Shown: one piece after another, positions 52,255-64,000 of the stretch
Layout: every line of letters begins with the position of its first letter
Numbering within the stretch: the stretch's first letter is position 1
DNA from: Octopus sinensis
Taxonomy: Eukaryota
DNA: 64,000 bases
Reading direction: 5' to 3'
Assembly: GCF_006345805.1 (NCBI RefSeq)
Contig: NC_043000.1
Coordinates: forward strand, 137,392,001-137,456,000
Program-made: the position numbers and the translations under genes
The notes under the pieces: model-generated
The model's input: only the letters and a program-made list of their open reading frames with translations
Database searches by the model: none
Told to the model about the DNA's origin: nothing

Positions 52255-53465
52255 ACACACACACAGACACACACATATATCTATATATATTTATATATAT
52301 GCGTGCGTATGTCTTTGAGAGAGTGAGAGATTTATAAGCTGACCCCTAAATGTCATTTTCAAGAACATTAGTTTCCTACTTGGCAGGCGGATTATTTTAT
52401 TGTGATCTTTATTACGGTGAAAGTAGCTCTATAAAATCCAGTAATCTAAAGAAAAAGAATTATTTCCATTCACTAAGTTAGACCTAGAATCACCTAACGA
52501 TTTCTGGACAGAAATACATTTTAGTTGTAACATTTCTTCCTTCAGAATGCGCAATTTGTACAAAAGGAAGTGAAATAACTGCAACTGGTAAATATCACTA
52601 TATGGCTTGCCAGTGACTTGCCACTACATTAACGGGGATATAATATGCTGGAAAGATTAGAGTTAGCATTTCTGCATGAAAACATAAATGAAAAGTTTTT
52701 TTCTTTCAAATTCAAGACATCACCGCTTAGTATCAGTAACTAGAGTTTTTCAATTACGCGTAGATGATACTTAAGTGAAAGACGTTTCTGTGCCAATACT
52801 CAATTTTATTATAGAATTACATTCCCCATTGTCGTCTTCGAAAGTGAAGAATCACTGATTCTACTATCCTAGCTAAAATATATATATATATATATATGAG
52901 ATATATGTTCCAAAAAGTTTCCTCAATTTACCGACATACATAGTCTTGCTCATGATATCCTCTGATACTACCTCTGTTTGGCATATTAATTCTTCAGACA
53001 TATATTATAAGAAGACAATTTGTCATATTTCTACAATTACATTCATGTGCAGTGTTGTGTGCGTGTGTGTGATATAGATGAAGTTTTTGTAGCTCAATAT
53101 ATGTATTAGCATATATGTTTCAACAGTTACAAAATCTTAACAAATTGTTATTCAAGATTTTTGTGATATATATTTGAAGCGAATAAACTCGCACTAATCA
53201 GTGTTAGGAACATCTTTTCTATATTTGAGGTAACATTTAATCCATAAGGAGGTTAATATCAAATAATCTCACTATACTCTGTTTATTACTATTTGATATA
53301 ACTTGTACTATGTATACCCTGTCGTAAAAATCATTTCTAGCTTTAGGACGTTTTATCAAATTTTTATGTCTGATCACAGGATGGATACACATCCACTAAT
53401 CTGGGTAATTCAACGAGACGATCTATATACACAACCACACACACACACACACGCACACACACACA

Positions 53466-54059
53466 AGCTTGGCTGACCAGTTCGGGGACATCTTCAAGAC
53501 ATTCGACTCGGCAATGACACCCCGTTCTCGCGCCATTTCCGCACTACCGGTCATTCTTTGCAACCTCTGTTTGGATTGTCCTTGCACAGGGGCCACCCGG
53601 ACTTCCGTTTGCACTGTAAACAGGGATTAATCGTCTCTCTTCGCTCCTTTGTGCCACATGCGCTCAACTCTCTTCCCCTTTCCTCTCTCTCTCTCACCTA
53701 CTTACACCCACCCACCCACCTCTCCTTTCTTGCTCTAACTTCAACTTCTCTTCACTCCTACTATTCTTCTCTCTTCTCTTCACTCCTACCCACATTCTCT
53801 CCTCCCCCTCTCCCTTCATCTTCACCCCTCCCACGTAACCCCATCCCACACAATCCAACCCCTCTTTCCCTATCCATCCCATCCCACCCCCACTCCATCA
53901 CTTACATCCACTCCTACACACCCCACCTCAACCCCCACCCTCAGCCTACCCACATACCCCACCTCTACACCCAACCTAATGTGTGTGCGTGTAGAGATGT
54001 ATATATGAGCACGTATATGCACGTATATGTTTTGTGTGAGTATGGGCTTATATATATAT

Positions 54060-54108
<49 letters not shown>

Positions 54109-54364
54109 TTGCGTGAGTGTGTACGTATGTAGACTTCATGAACGCAGAAGGTTTTATGGTATTGTGAGAATATGGTTGCATGTATTTATAATAATTTTTT
54201 TTTCTAACTTTTATAATTTTTCCTGTCTATTAGAGTAACTTCACTTTTATTCAATGTTTTTTTCATAGCGTCTATTGTCACAATAGCCGATGAAAGTGCA
54301 TCCTAACTCTTAGGTCTGTCATTTGAAACTCTGAGTCCTATTATGACAACTTACTTATTTTCCT

Positions 54365-54365
<1 letters not shown>
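53466..54365 (+). mobile_element. Penelope-like 3' fragment: GIY-YIG C-terminus (53466-53680), 3' region and hammerhead
   Basis: LADQF..HLQDIRLGNDTPFSRHFRTTGHS..GL..KQGLIVSL..PHALN; HHR at 54282-54342; ends at (TA)n. Confidence 0.7.
54282..54342 (+). ncRNA. Type I hammerhead motif with U4C change
   Basis: AATAG-CCGATGA-AAGTG..CCTAA/TTAGG..CATTT-GAAA-CTC-t-GAG-TC-CTATT; all three helices pair. Confidence 0.65.
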
Positions 54366-54406
<41 letters not shown>

Positions 54407-54408
<2 letters not shown>

Positions 54409-54706
54409 AGGCGCAATGGCCCAGTGGTTAGGGCAGCGGACTCGCGGTTGTATGATCACAGTTTCGATTCCCAGACCGGACGTTGTGAGTGTTTATTGAG
54501 CGAAAGCACCTAAAAGCTCTACGAGTCACCGGCAGGAGGTGGTGGCGAAAACTGTTATAGTCTTTCACCAAACCATTCTCTCACGCTTTCTCCTGTTTGC
54601 CTGCTCGCGTAGCCAGAGGGGTGGCGTCATTTGAAGGCTAAAACGATGCGAAGCGCATTGTGACCAGCGATGTCTAGCAACATCTGATAGCCTGGTCAGT
54701 CACCAT

Positions 54707-54710
<4 letters not shown>
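54407..54710 (+). mobile_element. SINE family A copy
   Basis: Matches 14083-14365, including the tail. Confidence 0.8.
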
Positions 54711-54763
<53 letters not shown>

Positions 54764-55062
54764 ATGAGACGCTCATCTCATCCGACGAAGAAATCACTTT
54801 ACATACATTATTTTGGATCACCGAGCCCCGAGAAACATTTGTTGGATTTAGAGTACTTTTCTTCAACCTCTTTAACTCTTGAAATAATTTCTACTGCTTG
54901 GAATCGGACCTTTTTGTAGGTAAACATAATACATTTTTTATATTTCATGTATTTAATACACTTTTTATATTGACTTGCCTAATTCATTTATCCTTATGTA
55001 TACTTCTATATGAGTATATATGTATATATATATACATATGTATATAGATATATTTGTGTGTA

Positions 55063-55109
<47 letters not shown>

Positions 55110-55117
55110 TTATATAA

Positions 55118-55145
<28 letters not shown>

Positions 55146-55148
<3 letters not shown>

Positions 55149-55345
55149 CCGCGTGTGTATCGCTGGCGATTTTTTCCTCCGTCTTCCCTTCCTTGGATCT
55201 TTCCTTTTCCTATGTTTCTGACGAAGACCTCCGCTCGAAACGTTAAATCTTCCTTCTTTCTTTCCTTTTCTGAGCGTCCAATAACACTATACTTGTTCCA
55301 CGTCCTCACGTCTTTGTGTTTTCATATTTGGATTAACTTTATATA
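55146..55345 (+). mobile_element. Second copy of the ~200-bp hammerhead repeat (HHR 55209-55250, helix II mismatch)
   Basis: GTTT-CTGACGA-A-GACC-tcc-GCTC-GAAA-CG-TT-AAA; homologous to 32280-32490. Confidence 0.7.
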
Positions 55346-56205
55346 TATATACATGTATACATATACATGTAAATATATGTATTTATGGATGTGCATAAAG
55401 GCGACAGTGTGGAGCTTGATATCTTGTATGTCTCTGTTAGATAATTAACATAAATCAAAATAGAAAAATGAGTTTCTTATTCACTGAGCTACTCTTCACT
55501 ATTTCAAAATTACAAAACGAAAACACCTTAAATATATCATTAATGAAGTTTACAGGTTTTCCCTGTAGATTCTTACTACAATTATATTATAGATTCCATT
55601 AAATTTTCTCAATATTCTTTTCTAGATTTCGTAACTTCTGCTTTACATTTTTTGTTGTTGTTGCATCTCGTCTCAACATACATCACAACCATTCGCTATA
55701 ATTAAATACATCAGCTTCATAGCTTATAATCAAGTAAATTTTAAGTGGAAAATATACTATGTCACTGTTGCAATTAATATTTTAATATTTCAACAATAGA
55801 AACCAAATTTTAATGATGGAACGTCTAAGTAAAATCAGACAAAAATAGAATAAAAGAATATCGATTTATTACTTACGGACGAAAGTAAATTATACTTAAG
55901 CTCAAGACCAAATTTTATATCAGTATAGCAAGCTGAATTCAATTAAATGTATTATTGTCACTTTGAATTTTACGAACCATCGAGGGTTGAAAAGCAAAGT
56001 AGACAGCATTGAAACTCGAAACCAGAAGGAAGAAAGACTAATTTAAATGCTATAATGTATTTCCTTCTAAAATGAAATGTAATGAATTGTCATTACAAAA
56101 GTATTGCAACGTGAATTTACAAATGTAATACTCTGGTTAATCTAATGTTTCAATTTGAAATGTATACTGCTGTCTGTCTATTTCTTTCTGTCATCTATCT
56201 GTCTG

Positions 56206-56235
<30 letters not shown>

Positions 56236-56237
<2 letters not shown>

Positions 56238-56738
56238 CTTCAAGTATCACTTGAAGAGGAAAGTGAGAGTAGAGAGGCAAGTTTTGTCTAGTGAATGTTT
56301 TAAAAAAAGATGGGTGAATGTAGCAAGGATGGCACGTATGAATGACGAAGCCACCTTGACTATGATTCGATGAACCATAAAAATTAATACAGAGAGTTGC
56401 TTGTTTGCAAAAAAAAAAAGAGAAATATAACATGTGACTTCATTGACCGAGGTTACCGTGGTCTTTTCCGTAGGCTTTTCTTTCCACGGGTAAACCTCAC
56501 CCGTCCTCCCCTTTACACTTCATATTGACATTTCTGTGATAACGATCCCTATTATTCATTTTTTTTTCTCCCCCACTTTTGTTTTTAACCCCTCCCTTTT
56601 TTTTTGTCCTTTTTCTTTCCTTTTACGATCCCTTTTGATCGAAAACCACCACTCTCTTTTTTTTTACCCCCAAAAGAAAAGCTCTACCTTGTAATTTGTT
56701 CTATCTGTGTGCAGCCCTGTGTGGCTATTAAAGAAACA

Positions 56739-56739
<1 letters not shown>
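56236..56739 (+). mobile_element. 5'-truncated young Tx1 copy inserted in (CTAT)n
   Basis: FFKYHLKRKVRVERQVLSSECFKKRWVNVARMARMNDEATL is identical to the end of ORF2. Ends AAAGAAACAT then ATCT, with CTAT on both sides. Confidence 0.92.
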
Positions 56740-56806
<67 letters not shown>

Positions 56807-56851
56807 ATCTATCATCTATCTATCTATCTATCATCTATCTATCTATCTATC

Positions 56852-56902
<51 letters not shown>

Positions 56903-57287
56903 ATCTATCATCTATCTATCTATCTATCTATCTACCTATTCACTTCTATACGTATGTATGTATGCATGCATGTGTGTGTGAATGTGTGTATGTACGTTTA
57001 TGCGTATGTATGTATGCACTTTTGTTTCTCTTGGTGCGCATACGCATTTGAATGTGATTATACTGACGATCAGTCTTTAACGGTGGATTTAGTCATGTAT
57101 ACAAACTCAATACTTTGCGTGGTTCTTATTTCAACATACTCATAATTCACGACATACAGGATGATCATTGGTATCAAGGAAATTCATTCGACAAAAAATG
57201 TTGCACGATATTTCTGTTTTAATGCGCAGTGTCTTACGTAGGCAGACACCACATATGCAAACACATATACTCATATACTATAACTAT

Positions 57288-57657
57288 GGAGTGGCTGTGT
57301 GGTAAGTAGCTTGCTAACCAACCACATGGTTCCGGGTTCAGTCCCACTGCGTGGCATCTTGGGCAAGTGTCTTCTGCTATAGCCCCGGGCCGACCAATGC
57401 CTTGTGAGTGGATTTGGTAGACGGAAACTGAAAGAAACCTGTCGTATATATGTATATATATATATGTATGTGTGTTTGTCCCCCTAGCATTGCTTGACAA
57501 CCGATGCTGGTGTGTTTACGTCCCCGTCACATAGCGGTTCGGCAAAAAGAGACCGATAGAATAAGTACTGGGCTTACAAAGAATAAGTCCCGGGGTCGAT
57601 TTGCTCGACTAAAACGGTGCTCCAGCATGGCCGCAGTCAAATGACTGAAACAAGTAA
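57288..57657 (+). mobile_element. SINE family B (tRNA head, CORE-like CTTGGGCAAGT, internal TA/TG spacer)
   Basis: GGAGTGGCTGTGTGGTAAG..GGTTCAGTCCC..CTTGGGCAAGTGTCTT; at least 4 full and several partial copies in the window. Confidence 0.8.
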
Positions 57658-58350
57658 ATGAAAAAATATATATATTAATTGCCTAGTTTTCCGTGACTTA
57701 CGGCAACGAGTGTTCTAGCTGATTCGATCAACGGAACAGACTTCCGGTGAAATTAACGTGAAAGTGGTTGAGCACTTTGCCGACAAGCGCATCGTTAAAA
57801 TAGTTCTCGGAGAGATTCAACATGGCACAGAGTATGACAAATCTGGTCCTTTGAATTACAAGTACAGCTTATTTTTTGCAACCTGAGTGGACTGGAGTTA
57901 ATTTTTTGGCTTATTTAGCTATATTACCACAAATTTCAGAGTAAATAGTTACCGAAAATGGTGTATTTGTTTCCATATTTAATTTTTGTTTGAATTTACA
58001 GAAAAAAAACTTCTATGAGAACAAGTATTTGTTTGACATTGTCACGTACTCTGCATTTGCTGTTGTTATTTTTAATGAGAGACGTTTAAAAATAATAGTT
58101 ACACATGCAACAGACATATGAAATAAAACGAGAATATTTTAATAACAACTTGTTGATGTTTAAGCCAAGTTCAGCCTCAATCAACAATAACCAAAGATAG
58201 CACTTATTTTCTTGGGTGTCACCTTGGAGCAGTATCCAGTTTGCCTTTTTCATTTTGAAACAGTATGATTTGAGAGATATTTGGCTGCTAAATCTAGTTT
58301 TTCAAAGACCACGTTAAGCGTCGTTCATTGGTACGAGTCCCAGATTGAAT

Positions 58351-58383
<33 letters not shown>

Positions 58384-59874
58384 GCAAGATAGACAGACAG
58401 AGATAGATAATAGATAAATAGACTGATAGAAAGAGAGAGAGTGAGAGTGAGAGAGATGATTTATAGAATCAGTATAGGTTCTAATAAAACCATGCTATGG
58501 GTCTTTGCTATATTGAATTTTTGAAACTTCTTTATTCTATGCATCTTTAAAAATTTTTGTCTTCCCTTAATTAATTATTTCGATACTCTCATTGCTTCGT
58601 ATAGTCTACACTACTCATCTTCTTAATCCGAAACCGGTTTGCTCAGAATGTTTTATGTTAACTGCTACGATTATTATAACCATTTACTAACACGCATCGA
58701 TAAAAAATAATAATCAAGGATTTTCTGGCCGTAACCATCCATTTTTTTTCTACAAGCATGATTTGCTAGAACTATATTATAAGATGATTCTTTTAAAAAA
58801 TGATAATAGGCTGTTATTTTAGAAAAATTTAATGATATTTCTTATAGATTCGAATGACTGACAATTTATTTGTGTTGAGTTGCAGTTTAAGTTTCACCTG
58901 ACTTCTTATTCAGCGAGTTTGAATTCAAAAAGCCGTCAGTGAAACTTAAAGTCCCATTCAGTACAATGTTACGATAAATTTGATTCTCAGCATTGAGTCA
59001 CAAACCCCACTAAAAATTCCATTCTTTTCCTTAAACCTGCTTTAAAATACGTTCTACAGGGCTTAATGACTTGTTGTCTAATGATGCTTGCTGTTCTTAT
59101 CTGCAGCTCATAATCGTATCAAGCACAAATTCAAGGTGTTAAATAATCATAATATGAAACAAAACAAAGTTTAAATAATAGTTTTACGTTGTCTAGTATC
59201 GAAAATATATAAAGAAAGTGAAGGAGACGATTACAGGTCGAAATATTTTCTTACGAATTTATATTTAGGATATTTTCAATAGCTGCAATATATGTTGTAT
59301 TTGCTTTATTATTGGTTCTTCAACGAAAAAAAAAAAGTAAATGAATGCAATATAACTAAGGAGAAGAAAATAAACAGACAGTTAATACAGCTACATATAT
59401 ATAAAATGATATAAATTTACCTTATGTTATATAGGTTGGTTTATCACTATTTCGAAACATTTGGTATCTTACTGCACCACATTTGACGGAAATTAGACAA
59501 GTAAAAACGGAAATAAATTTTGACTTGTAGAGGATTGCCCGTAGTCACTCTTTGTTCTTAAACATTGCTCTTGCAGTATTTTGTGATAAGCCAAGCAACA
59601 TTTTCGAAGATATTGTAATTATTTTAATCGTGAAAAGACCATTGACATTTTCCACAGTGGTACAGATAATATCCTGAAATTACTTTCATGTTGCGATAAA
59701 GATCAAAGTATTCTTAAAGATAACTAGGAATATCCTTCCTTGTTACTTACGCATATAAACGAATAAATAATACTATATGTATATATGCATTTCATATGTA
59801 AACGTATATATATATAAATATATATATATATTTAGATAGATTCATAGATAGATTATCTATCTATCTATCTATCT

Positions 59875-59883
59875 AAAGAAACA

Positions 59884-59884
<1 letters not shown>
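59875..59884 (+). mobile_element. 10-nt 3'-terminal Tx1 remnant in (CTAT)n
   Basis: ATCT-AAAGAAACAT-ATCT; the insert is identical to the last 10 nt of the copies ending at 13375 and 56739. Confidence 0.7.
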
Positions 59885-59970
<86 letters not shown>

Positions 59971-60794
59971 GTCTAGCTATTTGTCTGTGTATCTGTCTGT
60001 TTAGCTGTCTGTCTGTGTATCTGCCTAATTGTGAATTTATATTATTGTATGCGTGTATGCATGTGTACAGATATCTCTGTGCCTGAATATTGTCAATGGG
60101 TGTGTTTGTGTGTGTGTGTATGTGTGTTCGTGAGTGTGTGTTTGTGTATTTGTATGTATGTGGTTGTGTGTATGTATAAGTTTGGATACCGCTTTCCTTT
60201 TTATGAAGTGTGACAAGGCTAAGTTAGAGTGTCAGAACCAATCAATATTGACGCAGTGGCTATTATCACAATACATACATTTACGTTGTTCAACCATAAA
60301 TAATTGAGCGACTGACTGAAAAAGACATTTAAATAAACATTCTCAAAGAATATCAAAAGCTGATATATCAGGTTATGTTAGTTTATTTTCCACTAATTCA
60401 AATTTGCTCCAATCAATTTTATTTAATTTTTTGTTACTTAGCAACTTGTAGTTCATTTGCATTTTATACTTCATTCCGAGCGTTTCTGCTTTCAACTACG
60501 TGTTATTTTAGTTTGGAACTTAGTTGTAAATCAAGATATAAAATAAAACTATATGATATATAACCAAAAATTATTCTTGTGGTAATCAACGCGGATGATA
60601 CAAAAATTTTTGATTGTGTAGCAAATGCTTATCTCGTTTATTGCTATATTAATAAAGAATGTACAGAAACATACGAGCATTCATTCCACCAAAGATTATT
60701 CAAGGCGGTACCCAAGCGTGACCGCAGCGTAATGACTGAAACAAGTAAATGATAAAACTTAGAAAAAAATTAGATATGTTTCAACCAAAGATTG

Positions 60795-61195
60795 GTCCAG
60801 GCCATGTCTAACTTAATAGCACCACCTGATAGGATTATCCTTAATCCTTTTGTTTGTGGTCCATTCAAGTAGTGAGTTCTTGTTGAGTGAGTTGTATCCA
60901 GGTATGGGTAGCTTACCTGCTATTCCTTGAAGAAATTTGTCCAGACTCCGTTTAAAGGTGATGAGATCCTTTTCCTCTTTAATCAGTTTTGGGACAATGT
61001 TAAACAGGACAGGGCCTGTTGAAGTAAAGGAATTATGTTGTTATCTTGAATTGGGCAGGAGACGCATGGCCCGTGGTCCAAGCCTTGGATGAACATTGAA
61101 ACTAATGTTCAGGTCATTTGCGCAATGCTAGTGGTATATTCTCCACATCGTACAAATGATGTACCGCTCGCGGCGGCGCTGGAAGGAGTAGAGAT
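60795..61195 (-). pseudogene. CR1-group LINE ORF2 C-terminal remnant
   Basis: LYSFQRRRERYIICTMWRI..SFTSTGPVLFNIVPKLIKEEKDLITFKRSLDKFL..PGYNSLNKNSLLEW. Confidence 0.7.
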
Positions 61196-61573
61196 TCAAA
61201 GATAAATATATATATAATATATAATATCCAATATAGATGTCTGTTGGTTTGTTGACTTTTCCAGTCACGTATTTTGTCTGGGCTTAGTAGCAAGCAACGA
61301 CTAAAGGAACGCTTTCAAATTTCTCTTCACAATTTGCGAATAATATTTTTGGTGATATTTCAAAGCGATTTGTCAATTTGCACCTTAATTTTGTACAGGC
61401 ACGCACGAATGCATGCGCGCACGCACGGACGCAGACACACATACATACGCATGTGTATATATCACTGTGTGTATGAGTCTGCACATGTGCGTGCCTGCAT
61501 ATATGTCTGTGTATGTATGTGTATAGATATATATGTATATGTATATATACTTATATATATGTATGCATCTATG

Positions 61574-61615
<42 letters not shown>

Positions 61616-61624
61616 ATATATATG

Positions 61625-61658
<34 letters not shown>

Positions 61659-61676
61659 TATATATATGCACACAAG

Positions 61677-61729
<53 letters not shown>

Positions 61730-61989
61730 AGACATAAGTCTAGTTTGGCACACTACCATCGTATATGTTGATTCGTATAACTTTCTGAATAATAGAGAAT
61801 TTTTCTCGAAATTCTGGTAAGATAAGCTTCGGATATAGTAAATTGCGATTATACTGATAAAATTTACGAAAATATTAAGGTACATGTATTCCAATATACA
61901 AATTAGAAATTTGGGGTCGATTTGTTCGAGACGGTGCCCCAGCAAAACCGCAGTCAAATGAGTGAAACAAGGAAAAGATAAAAGATATA

Positions 61990-62218
61990 CAGGGTTGGCC
62001 AAAAGTCACCGACAGTAATTCAAAATTCCCTAAATACTCTCTGTAATTCTATAGTGGCTCGAATGGGATAAAGGTGTCGCCCAAGAAGGACTTCAGTTTG
62101 AGCAATTTCCATGATGTTTCATATTTATATGATTTTAATTGATTCCGTTGTTAAACATAAATGAACCTTGGAATTAAATGGTCTTGAATCACTCTTAGGT
62201 GACATTTGGCCAACCCTG
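61990..62218. mobile_element. Tc1/mariner-type MITE
   Basis: TA-CAGGGTTGGCCAAAAGTCACC ... GGTGACATTTGGCCAACCCTG-TA (TIRs with TA duplication). Confidence 0.85.
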
Positions 62219-63444
62219 TATATATTATAAATTCGTATTTATTTCATAATTTTGTATAAGCACCAAGAATTTCTCAACAGTTCCATTATAATCAATATGT
62301 GTAAGGCGGCGAGCTGGCAGAAATGTTAGCACACTGGACGAAATACTTAGCGGTATTTCGCCTGTCGCTATGTTCTGAGCTCAAATTCCACCGAGGTCGA
62401 CTTTACCTTTCAGGTTCGATACATTTAGTACCATTTGAGTACTGGGCTCGCTCTAATCGACTGGCCCCCTCCTCCAAATTTCAAGCCTTGTGCTTATAGT
62501 AGGAAGGATTATAATCAATGTGTGTATGCCATATTTCCTGATATTACCCATGTGGCAAGAGTACGGTTACAAAGTTACCTATCATGTGACGGGTAATACT
62601 TTCCTACAACAGCTAGTAATTTGCCTTTATTTCTTATAGTCTTAGAAGCTATCGTCTTGGCGCGCTTCAAGAGACTCATAGTCTACAAACGTAGTAACTT
62701 TAAGCCTTCCGCAATATTAAGAAGTGAAATATTACTTTTGCTAATAAGACGATTAATAATCTAGAATTTTACACAAAGTACGAGATAAAGTTGAAGAGTA
62801 CCATAGTTTTTATTATAATATTTCATCTATTTAGCCATTGATTAATATACAAGCATCTGTAGTAGTTTTAGGAGATGTATGCGTACAGTCGATATTAGTT
62901 TGAAATACCGAATGAATGATAACAGAAAACCGAGGAAAGAAATCGTAAAATTAGATAAGGACCAAATGAAGATTGAAATTAAATTAATTAATGAGATGAA
63001 ATTACAAAAGATTTTAAAACCGATTGGATAATTAATCGCTTACTAATATCCTGCTCAGGTCTGATGTCAATACTTAACAGTAGGTTCGACATCTATTTGC
63101 TTGAGAGCAAAAATCTATAAAACTAAACAAGAAACGTCAAACTGCTGAAATTTCAATGCATAGTTATTCCTGATTAGCAACTAGTATACATTTTCATGGA
63201 AATGAGAAGAAATAGAGAAATGTGTCAGAGACAACCTAAAAAGCATCAGTTAATTGCAGATGTCTGGAAATAGAGCTTAATGTAACGGAAAAAGTATAGT
63301 AATTAAAAACCTGTAAAATGAAGCTGATAAAATGGACGAATCGACAAGGGTGGTTTCAACAATGATCTACTAGAAATAGCCGCCAAATCCGAGGTCCACT
63401 TGCCTTTCATTCTTTCGGTGTCGATAAATGTGTAAAACATCTAC

Positions 63445-64000
63445 CAACAGCTTTAGTGACCTGATCCTTAATGTACCACCAAATGACAAGCTCCTCAATC
63501 TCCACCTCGGGGATTTCAATGCAAGAGTGGGGTAAGACTACAGGCTGTGAGAGAATATAATTAACAAAGAAGAAGTTGGAAACTGCAATGAAAATGGACT
63601 CTTACTCCTTCGGCTGTGGGCTGAACACTCTCTCGTCATCCCCAACACCTACTTTCGATCCCCAAATCACTTCTAGACCACCTGCAAGCACCCCAGGTCG
63701 AAACACTGCCACCTCCCGAACTAGTTTATCCTCTGGCAAAGATATTAAAGAAACGTCCTCATCACGCAAATGGCTAACAGCGCTGACGATAGCTGGACAT
63801 CGTCTAGACATCACCCACCTTCGAATAATGTTTAGCAAGAAACTAAAGACTGAAAAAATAAAACCGGTCCGAAGAAAATCTGACATATCGAAGCTTAACA
63901 ACCCAGAGATCAGTTCCCTTTTTGCATCTTCCATTCCCAAACACCTTCATTCCATCCCATCTGACAACCAGGATATGGATAAGGAATGGAACAGAATTCG
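63445..64000 (+). pseudogene. RTE/BovB-like LINE APE remnant (runs off the window)
   Basis: LGDFNARVG..GNCNENGLLLL..EHSLVIPNTYF..KHPRSKH.H; contains stops. Confidence 0.75.

Overview
Eukaryotic, AT-rich, microsatellite-dense, repeat-dominated DNA. The SINE/LINE repertoire looks like an octopus (cephalopod) genome; this is inference, not a database result. I found no host protein-coding exon that I can support, and no rRNA, true tRNA or CRISPR. The only long real ORFs belong to a near-complete Tx1/L1-clade non-LTR retrotransposon (~7306-13375, +; CCHC ORF1, APE-RT-zinc-finger ORF2). That family sits in (CTAT)n tracts at every 3' end visible here (4 junctions, including a 10-nt remnant), and its 5' part lies inside a 1.77-kb microhomology-bounded tandem duplication. 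The second theme is hammerhead ribozymes (HHR): at least 7 unrelated type I HHR or HHR-like motifs, most with palindromic helix III and most next to (TA)n. The best is a ~362-bp, ~3.5-unit retrozyme/pLTR-like tandem array (46738-48271) whose HHR core has U3/A8 in place of C3/G8 and which ends in a fold-back inversion. Also present are remnants of Penelope (GIY-YIG), R4/Dong-like (RLE, next to AAT tracts), RTE, CR1-like and Gypsy elements, three tRNA-derived SINE families and two MITEs. Most ORF-track entries are microsatellite read-through. Boundaries were read by eye and may be off by a few to tens of bases.
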